DNA from: a virus
Length of the DNA: 64,000 nucleotides
Virus record (IMG/VR): IMGVR_UViG_3300027749_000058
Location: 1 to 64,000 of that record
Reading direction: 5' to 3' (one strand)
The position numbers and the translations under genes are program-made. Positions 57,331 through 64,000 of this stretch are shown here, piece after piece (within the stretch, counting starts at the first letter, position 1; the number at the start of each line of letters is the position of its first letter). The notes under the pieces were generated by a model that made no database searches, had not been told where the DNA came from, and saw only the letters and a list, made by a program, of their open reading frames with translations.

Positions 57331-57975
57331 ATGAAGAAAGAAATTATAAATAAGGATTTCAGAGAATGTGAAATACCTGAAGGATTGGTTATTACCGATC
57401 CACCATACAATCAAGGATATTCATATAATGAATATAAAGACACCATGAGTGAAGAGGATTATATTGAGTTACTCTCAAAAATCCCAACACCATGTGTAAT
57501 AATTCATTATCCCGAAGAAACCATTAATTTACTACCAAAAGCATTAAAGGCAAAATGCGAACAAGTAGTTTGTTGGGTGTATAACTCAAATACGGGAAAA
57601 CAAAGTAGATTGATTAGTTGGTGGGGATGTAAACCTGATTTTAGGAAGGTTAGACAAGAATATAAAAACTTGAAAGATAAAAGAATTCAAGCCAGAATTG
57701 CTGAAGGTAAAACAGGTGCTAAACTATATGATTGGTGGGAGATAAATCAGGTAAAGAATGTTAGTAAAGAAAAAACTGAACATCCTTGTCAAATACCTGA
57801 AGAATTGATTAAAAAAATTATATTAACCACCGCCAAAGAAAATCAAACAATAATTGATGTTTTTGGAGGTAGCGGAACAACAAGTAAAGTTGCAAGTGAT
57901 TTGGGATTTGATTCAATCAGTTATGAGATTGATGAAAAGTATTGTGAAATCATTAAAAATAGACTAAATAAATAG
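57331..57975 (+). CDS. DNA N6-adenine/N4-cytosine methyltransferase (beta class)
   Basis: ITDPPYN precedes HPCQIP and DVFGGSGTT. Confidence 0.9.
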   Translation: MKKEIINKDFRECEIPEGLVITDPPYNQGYSYNEYKDTMSEEDYIELLSKIPTPCVIIHYPEETINLLPKALKAKCEQVVCWVYNSNTGKQSRLISWWGCKPDFRKVRQEYKNLKDKRIQARIAEGKTGAKLYDWWEINQVKNVSKEKTEHPCQIPEELIKKIILTTAKENQTIIDVFGGSGTTSKVASDLGFDSISYEIDEKYCEIIKNRLNK

Positions 57976-57981
57976 TTTTAT

Positions 57982-58055
57982 GGTGTTTGAAGCATTAAGG
58001 TGATGCACTAGTTTGTGGAGCTAGAAAAGACGGGTCGGTACCGTCCTTACACCCA
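57982..58055 (+). tRNA. trnH: tRNA-His(GTG) with G-1, imperfect acceptor stem and T loop
   Basis: ctagt-ttGTGga-gctag; gacgg-gtcggta-ccgtc. Confidence 0.75.
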
Positions 58056-58089
58056 TATTTTTTTTCTTAGTATCATACTATTTATATGT

Positions 58090-58551
58090 ATGGAAAAAAA
58101 AGTAACTCTAACCAAAGAACAATTATTCAAGGTGATGAACTTGAATGAGGCTGAAAATAAAAAAGAAAAAAATGAAACATCTGATGTTGTTGATATGATT
58201 GCAACATTACTTCATTCAAGAAGCCAAACTCATATTTTTCATTGGCAAACAAAATCACAATCATCATTTGCTGAACATATGGCATTAGGAACTTATTATG
58301 ATGAAATTGTTGGACTAATTGATGGTATTGTTGAAAGTTATCAAGGAAAATATGAAATAATTACAGGATACAAAACAGTTGAAATGGTTGATTACAAATC
58401 AACAGAACAATTAATAAGTTACTTTAGAGAATTAGATAGCAATATTGAAAAAAATAGAAAGGGGATTAAAGAATCTTATATTCAAAATCAAATTGACGGA
58501 CTTCAAGAGTTAATTTTTTCTACATTATATAAATTAAGATTCTTGAAATAA
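58090..58551 (+). CDS. Ferritin/Dps-like four-helix protein (DUF5856-like) with LTKEQL leader
   Basis: HIFHWQT...FAEHMALGTYYD...IDGIVESYQG...TLYKL; ATG at 58090. Confidence 0.7.
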   Translation: MEKKVTLTKEQLFKVMNLNEAENKKEKNETSDVVDMIATLLHSRSQTHIFHWQTKSQSSFAEHMALGTYYDEIVGLIDGIVESYQGKYEIITGYKTVEMVDYKSTEQLISYFRELDSNIEKNRKGIKESYIQNQIDGLQELIFSTLYKLRFLK

Positions 58552-58625
58552 GAATTAATTATTAAATAATTGAAAATCCCTCTAAATTAGTTGTTTAGGG
58601 GGATTTTTTATATATTTGTATTCAG

Positions 58626-58770
58626 AGAGACAGAGAAGTTCTACAGAAGTAGATAGGGCGTCGCATAATATCGGGGTGGAACACAGGGTTCCTATACGTG
58701 ATGTAACCCGAGCCGTAAACCATTGTTATCCTTGTGATGACCGAATAAATAATCGGTTGGTTCTGTCTCT
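58626..58770 (+). ncRNA. Putative ~145-nt structured RNA
   Basis: TATATTTG at ~58611; agagacaga/tctgtctct closing stem; internal ctac/gtag, tcggg/cccga, ggaac/gttcc, accga/tcggt. Confidence 0.6.
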
Positions 58771-58776
58771 TTTTAT

Positions 58777-58848
58777 TGAAACGTAATTCAGTGGTAGAAT
58801 GCTATTCTGATACGATAGTCGTCGGCGGTTCGAATCCGCCCGTTTCAA
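58777..58848 (+). tRNA. trnI: tRNA-Ile(GAT)
   Basis: tgaaacg/cgtttca; ctatt-ctGATac-gatag. Confidence 0.82.
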
Positions 58849-58853
58849 CATTC

Positions 58854-58941
58854 GGAGAGTTGGGTGAGTGGTTTAAACCAGCAGTTTGCTAAACTGCCGT
58901 ATCTCTAAAGGATACCATTAGTTCAAATCTAATACTCTCCG
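58854..58941 (+). tRNA. trnS: tRNA-Ser(GCT)
   Basis: ggagagt/actctcc; gcagt-ttGCTaa-actgc; long variable arm. Confidence 0.92.
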
Positions 58942-59047
58942 CAAAAAATTAGATAAAATTCACATAAAAATTGACTAAAACCAAAACTTTTACTATATTT
59001 ATAGTCTATTAAGTTTAAAAAACATTAAAAACAAAAAACAAACATTT

Positions 59048-59212
59048 ATGAAAAAAATCGTAGCATTATTTGCAATCGTAGCATTAGTTTCTTGCGGAAA
59101 CGGAACATCAACTCAAGTAAAATCTGATTCTTCTACTGTTGTAGTAGATTCAACTAAAACTGACTCTACAGTAGTTAAAGTAGATTCTGCAAAAGCCGAA
59201 AAAGTTAAATAA
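59048..59212 (+). CDS. Small lipoprotein (54 aa, not in ORF track)
   Basis: MKKIVALFAIVALVSC-G followed by VDS/TDS repeats. Confidence 0.7.
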   Translation: MKKIVALFAIVALVSCGNGTSTQVKSDSSTVVVDSTKTDSTVVKVDSAKAEKVK

Positions 59213-59258
59213 TATAACTTTTTCTTAAAACAGAAAACCCATCTTACGATGGGTTTTT

Positions 59259-60473
59259 TTATTTTAATAAGTTTTTAATTCTTTCTATATTTTCATCAAT
59301 TTTTTTACTACTCATACTATTTTTATTAAAGAAATTTTTAAGTTTAGGTTCTCCTCCCTTAGTCATTGATGGTATTTTATCATTTATTTTTTTACCTAAC
59401 CCAAGTATTTTTTTACCTATCCATGGGTAAAATGGATCATAATATTCTGTTTCTTTTTTATCCTTATCTTTGTCCTTATCTTTATCATCATCTTTCTTTT
59501 TATTTATATTATTAGTTGAAATTTCTTTATCTAAAATTATAGGTAAATTTAATTTAGTCCATGATTTATCGTATAATGAAACTGTTACATCAGAAGATGT
59601 TTTTCCTAAAATATCTCCCTTAAATATTTTTTGACCATCTCTAACTTCAGGGTTAGATATACCACAAAATAATAAATAATAAGTCTTATCTTCAATAGAA
59701 TGTTGAATTGTTATTTGATTAGGACAACGACCTTCAGAATGATAGTTATTAATTACACCATTAGTTGGTGATTTTATCTTAGTATTCGTACTACTTGGGA
59801 TAATAATTGAAGTATTATTACTTGAAATTCTATCACCTAATTTTGAATATATTTTTTCTTCTTTTATTCCGAGTTGTGATGCGGTATTTTGCAATGCTTT
59901 AACTGTTGCATCATTATAGTCTATATGACTAGTTCCGAATTGGTCATCGTTTGGTTGTTGTGTTGTTCCGGATTGTGTTGTTCCAGATTGTGGACTAGTT
60001 GCGACTGAGTTTCCTCCATTTGTGTTAGATACGTGAACATGATTATCATGACCTTTAAATCCAAACGTTAAAACAGCTTTAGGATTTCCTGTTTCTGAAT
60101 TTTTTACATATCCCATTTTAACCAATGCATTTACAAATTGGTCTGCATCTGATCTATTTGCGAGACTAACATTTTTACCATTAATCATTGCAATATCAAC
60201 TGCATTTCCACTTGGATGTCTTGAAGGAAGACTTTCATGACCTGATTGAGCTGTAGTAATACTAACATTAACATTCGCAGCTTTAGCTGCGTCTTGGACA
60301 TCTTTTAAAAGTTGTTGATTAATATTATCTCTTGATGGATAACTATTTGCTCCGTCTCTAAAATCTACATTGGGACCAGGGTCAATAGCTTCTGTTGCCA
60401 AGTCTTTTTTAAAATCTCTTTTTAAATCTGAAAGAATATCGTAAGTCTCATTAATTTTTTTAATTTCAATCAT
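59259..60473 (-). CDS. Peptidoglycan peptidase: M15-like domain plus degenerate M23-like domain
   Basis: SRHPSGNAVDI...HDNHVHVS; IKSPTNGVI...ITIQH...VRDGQKIFKGDILG lacking HxH. Confidence 0.65.
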   Translation of the reverse strand: MIEIKKINETYDILSDLKRDFKKDLATEAIDPGPNVDFRDGANSYPSRDNINQQLLKDVQDAAKAANVNVSITTAQSGHESLPSRHPSGNAVDIAMINGKNVSLANRSDADQFVNALVKMGYVKNSETGNPKAVLTFGFKGHDNHVHVSNTNGGNSVATSPQSGTTQSGTTQQPNDDQFGTSHIDYNDATVKALQNTASQLGIKEEKIYSKLGDRISSNNTSIIIPSSTNTKIKSPTNGVINNYHSEGRCPNQITIQHSIEDKTYYLLFCGISNPEVRDGQKIFKGDILGKTSSDVTVSLYDKSWTKLNLPIILDKEISTNNINKKKDDDKDKDKDKDKKETEYYDPFYPWIGKKILGLGKKINDKIPSMTKGGEPKLKNFFNKNSMSSKKIDENIERIKNLLK

Positions 60474-60522
60474 ATTAATAAATACTACGATATTAGATAA
60501 AAAAAAACCGAGGTAACTCGGT

Positions 60523-60885
60523 TTATCTATTTGAAGAATAATTTAATACTTTCTTTTGTGTTGGTTGATTCAAATTAGTAGGTTCTTTACTAAATGTTTC
60601 AGATTGAACTTGGTCTAATACTTTTGTCTCAACCTCATTTAATTGAACCTTTTTTGACTTTGGTTTTTTATCCTCAATTAAACCAAATTTAATCCATCTA
60701 TACCATATCCTTTCATGAAAATAATATATTACAGGTTTAAATATCATTTCAGCAACTCCAAACGCCGCTCCAATTTTAATACTACCAGTTATACACCACA
60801 TAATTAAAAATCCGGCAAATGTGCTAATAATTCTATAACTTATTGTTTTTCCTATATGCCTTTTGGTTGATACTTTATAACTCAT
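60523..60885 (-). CDS. DUF2061-like membrane protein
   Basis: RHIGKTISYRIIST...YYFHERIW..IKFG. Confidence 0.75.
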   Translation of the reverse strand: MSYKVSTKRHIGKTISYRIISTFAGFLIMWCITGSIKIGAAFGVAEMIFKPVIYYFHERIWYRWIKFGLIEDKKPKSKKVQLNEVETKVLDQVQSETFSKEPTNLNQPTQKKVLNYSSNR

Positions 60886-61004
60886 ATTGAATAATTATCA
60901 TGAAAATTGAATTATGTGTTCACGGACTGGTGAGATATTATATTTCGGAGTGAACTTTCTTTCACCGACGCAGTCGATTACCACCAGTTTAACCATTTTG
61001 AAAT

Positions 61005-61193
61005 TTAAGACTTTTTATTTTCCTCCATCTCAATTCTGTTTTTTAAATCTAATTCAATAATTTTATTTTTCCACTCTTTCCAAATCTCAAAATCTTGTAA
61101 ATTTTGAATTGTCTTCTCATGTAGTAAAACAAATCCCTCAGGAGCAACTCCTGAATATCTATTCTTAACTATCTCATTTATTGATATCTTCAT
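61005..61193 (-). CDS. Hypothetical protein
   Basis: ORF track. Confidence 0.45.
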   Translation of the reverse strand: MKISINEIVKNRYSGVAPEGFVLLHEKTIQNLQDFEIWKEWKNKIIELDLKNRIEMEENKKS

Positions 61194-61782
61194 TTAATTT
61201 TTTGATTATTTTATCTTTTAACCCTGTTTGTTTTAATCCTTCTCCACTCTTAGTTAAAAAGAAATTGTCAACTGGTTTTAATCCACCTTGTCTTAAATCC
61301 AAATCGTCAATTGCGATGAATTCAGTTACATTATAATCCTTAACAAATTTATCAACCTCAAAAAATCGATTTCTTTCTAAATCAAAAGATGATTTTAAAT
61401 TTTCGGTTACAAATTTAGGTGAACGGATTACACCATTTTCCTTAAAAATAGTGTCTAATTGTGATAAATCCCAATGTAATTTCCAATCTGAACTAAGAAC
61501 GATGACCGCTTCAGTTTTCTCTAATATTTCGTTAAAAACTTTAACACATCCTTTATCAAATCCGTACGGTACTCTTAATTCTTTCGCCCAATCATTGTTT
61601 TGACTAAATTTATTTCGGTTTCCCATAAATTGTTTATCGGTAGCCAATACACCATCTATGTCTAAAAATATTACTTTCATATTTGTTAATTTTTGTATAT
61701 GTTCACTAATAGTAAGTTCTTCACATTTCCAACACCATTCATTATCTTGTGTGTCCCAAATATGTCTATCGCATTTTGCCAT
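61174..61782 (-). CDS. HAD-superfamily phosphatase (Swiss-Army-knife RNA-repair-like); domain starts at 61680
   Basis: FLDIDGVL, IVLSSDWK, AIDDL, EGL. Confidence 0.8.
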   Translation of the reverse strand: MAKCDRHIWDTQDNEWCWKCEELTISEHIQKLTNMKVIFLDIDGVLATDKQFMGNRNKFSQNNDWAKELRVPYGFDKGCVKVFNEILEKTEAVIVLSSDWKLHWDLSQLDTIFKENGVIRSPKFVTENLKSSFDLERNRFFEVDKFVKDYNVTEFIAIDDLDLRQGGLKPVDNFFLTKSGEGLKQTGLKDKIIKKLNEDINK

Positions 61783-61858
61783 AATGTAAAGATACGATAT
61801 TTATATTAAAATACCAAGGTTATTTAACCTATAAAATTTAAACAGTAATAAATGGAAG

Positions 61859-62083
61859 ATGGAGATAAACAGAAAAACGTGGAGAGGAACCTTTCAGGAG
61901 AATCTTTCTCAAATATTTTTAATGCTGGCACTGTTTTTCAATCCTTTTGGATTCGATGCCGTTCAATATTCCCTAATATTACTGACAGGCAGTTTATGGA
62001 AAGCGAACTTCGTCTTGTATTGTATAGCGGGAGTATTTTTTGGTTGTTATATCTACTTTCGCAGATTATCTAAAAAAAATTAA
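61859..62083 (+). CDS. Small membrane protein
   Basis: LALFFNPFGFDA and hydrophobic helices. Confidence 0.5.
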   Translation: MEINRKTWRGTFQENLSQIFLMLALFFNPFGFDAVQYSLILLTGSLWKANFVLYCIAGVFFGCYIYFRRLSKKN

Positions 62084-63573
62084 AGAGCTCTTAATTCACC
62101 ATTTTTAAATGATTCAAAATTTGGACCAGGTATTATAATAAAACGTCTACCTTCTCTTTTGTATTGGATAATACCTGCCAAAACAGCGGCAGAAAAGAAT
62201 GATGAATATTGACCATCCCACCTACTTGCCGCTGAAAATTCAGAACTTCCTGGTCTGGCATATTCTTTTTTACCATCAACAACTCTTGATTTAAGAGTAC
62301 CGATATATTCCAAGAAATCTAATTTTGTTCCATTATCATATCCCGCATCTAAATAATCAACCATTTTTTTAATCATTCCTTTGTTTTTACCAAAGGTATA
62401 ACCGCTATTTGGTTTGTTCCAAACTTTTGATGTTTCTGTACCAGATGCTTTTCGAACAAGTTTTGGGTTATTTTGAACATGTGTTAATATTCTGCTGCCA
62501 ATATGTTTTCTAATTCCTTCGGCCATTTGAGAAATAGTGTTTTGAATAATGTAAGTTGAATCAATTCCCCATTCTTCTAAACCGAGGTCTACATGATATG
62601 GTGTATTATCGTCACTCATAAACCCTATACTAGCAGTAAATGACTTAGTATCTTTAGTATCATATTTAATAAACATTTGATATTCATCAAAGAATCTGTT
62701 AGTACTCTTTGAATCAATTAATGATACTGTAACCATACCTCCAGAACGTCCAAAATCAAAATTAGGAATATTTTCAAATCCTCTTACAAATACTGATAAA
62801 GTATAAGTTGATTGTAAATAATTTTTAATGTCTACTGAGGTGTAACCCATTGAGTTAAAAACTGATATTAATAGTTTGGAAGTACCACTTGTTCTAATTA
62901 TTTCATAATCTTTGTTAATTGCATCTATTATTTCAGGAAATGCGTAATTCATAACATCAATTTCTCTTTGGTTCATTGGTACGTCTTGAGAATCATAATA
63001 TCTTGTATGTCCTTCATTATCAAAATGAATTGCAATTTTTGAATAAGTTCTGTTTGTGGAATTGTCTTTGTTAATAATAAAATAAAGGGCTTGGTTACCT
63101 TGAGTATATCTTCCAAAATGTCCTGAGCTATGTGAGGATACACACCATTTTGTGTTGTAACCGTATTTACAGGAAGCTTCCTCGGTTTTTGGTTTTATAA
63201 CTAAAAACTTATTATCTTCGTAAATCTTATCAGCTTGTTTTTCTAATTCTTTCTCTTTTTCTTTCTCATGAAATGGTTTTAAAGCTTCTTCCAATTCAGA
63301 AAAAGTATTGTATTGATTGATATCTTTCTTTTTTAATTGAGATTGGTATTTGTCAAAATCTTTTACTAAATCAACGGCAATATCAACATTCATGTCAATA
63401 TCCGAATTTGGGTCTAAAACCTTTAAGATAAAATCTGTGTATTTGTGATTAAAATCTTGTAAATCAGAAATACCCAACACAAAGTCTAACACTTCATCAT
63501 CAAACTTGCTTGAATATTTTTTCTTTAAATCTTCTTTTCTACCTTCTTTAACAAGGATTGATATTAATTTCAT
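62080..63573 (-). CDS. Large protein with PcfJ-like domain, paralogue of 32088
   Basis: PKTEEASCKYGYNTKWCVS...FGRY..LYFIINK; LVKE leader. Confidence 0.65.
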   Translation of the reverse strand: MKLISILVKEGRKEDLKKKYSSKFDDEVLDFVLGISDLQDFNHKYTDFILKVLDPNSDIDMNVDIAVDLVKDFDKYQSQLKKKDINQYNTFSELEEALKPFHEKEKEKELEKQADKIYEDNKFLVIKPKTEEASCKYGYNTKWCVSSHSSGHFGRYTQGNQALYFIINKDNSTNRTYSKIAIHFDNEGHTRYYDSQDVPMNQREIDVMNYAFPEIIDAINKDYEIIRTSGTSKLLISVFNSMGYTSVDIKNYLQSTYTLSVFVRGFENIPNFDFGRSGGMVTVSLIDSKSTNRFFDEYQMFIKYDTKDTKSFTASIGFMSDDNTPYHVDLGLEEWGIDSTYIIQNTISQMAEGIRKHIGSRILTHVQNNPKLVRKASGTETSKVWNKPNSGYTFGKNKGMIKKMVDYLDAGYDNGTKLDFLEYIGTLKSRVVDGKKEYARPGSSEFSAASRWDGQYSSFFSAAVLAGIIQYKREGRRFIIIPGPNFESFKNGELRAL

Positions 63574-63594
63574 ACAAATAAATATACCAATAAG

Positions 63595-63945
63595 TTACTT
63601 CCAAAGAAATTGGATTGATAATATTATAAAACATAAGAATAGACATACTGATGTTTTTAATGTTAAAGGTTCTTTGAGTAGAAACCAAGACATTGCAGTA
63701 AAAACTATAACACCCAAACTAAACCCTATTAGACGATTTGGCCACGTTTGTCCTCCCCACAGTTCGACCATTGTTCTGCTTGCCATAATGACGTAATACC
63801 CTATAGGAATCCCTAATATTGCCATAATCATTGGGTTGTCTTTTATCCATTTATTAAAGAGATGTCCTTGTAGTTGGTAAAATGTGAAAACTTGCGACAC
63901 TAAATAAACAAATAAGACAAAAAAAATTGATGATACCTTATTCAT
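63595..63945 (-). CDS. Four-TM membrane protein (DMT/SMR-like)
   Basis: Four hydrophobic helices; WPNRLIGF, LKEPLTLK. Confidence 0.6.
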   Translation of the reverse strand: MNKVSSIFFVLFVYLVSQVFTFYQLQGHLFNKWIKDNPMIMAILGIPIGYYVIMASRTMVELWGGQTWPNRLIGFSLGVIVFTAMSWFLLKEPLTLKTSVCLFLCFIILSIQFLWK

Positions 63946-64000
63946 TTTGTAATGATAATAAAATAAATGAAATAAAAAAGGGTTCAAAATAGAACCCTTT

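Noticed and set aside
1-64000. Stop-codon reassignment as in some jumbo phages
   Set aside because: Known genes (thyA, clpP, ligase, endolysin) are intact under the standard code, coding density is high, and no suppressor tRNA was seen.

Overview
AT-rich, densely coding 64-kb segment of a large (jumbo-type) tailed dsDNA bacteriophage, read with the standard genetic code. The host is most likely a Bacteroidetes: TTTG-N20-TAnnTTTG promoters recur, and there are Bacteroidetes-style lipoproteins. The window opens with a Gly/Cys-rich tail fibre carrying a C-terminal S74-type chaperone, followed by a glycosyltransferase, sulfotransferase and FkbM methyltransferase. Other recognisable genes are cyclophilin, IscA, a non-specific endonuclease, GH19 endolysin, ThyA, an RNA-repair set (Rnl1 ligase, kinase, phosphoesterases, HAD), ClpP, two HNH nucleases and a DNA methyltransferase. 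There are 14 tRNA genes plus several tRNA-like or structured RNAs. About 20 unrelated proteins share an N-terminal (I/L)-x-E leader, and most sit behind a TATTTAT motif. The most striking unexplained element is a non-coding island at about 17.45-19.77 kb with seven host-type promoters. It ends in three tandem ~311-bp units, each apparently encoding a ~260-nt pseudoknotted RNA whose pairings covary between copies. A tRNA-Arg(UCU) with a 25-nt anticodon-masking insertion is the second highlight. All protein calls are from motif recognition by eye; no searches were run.
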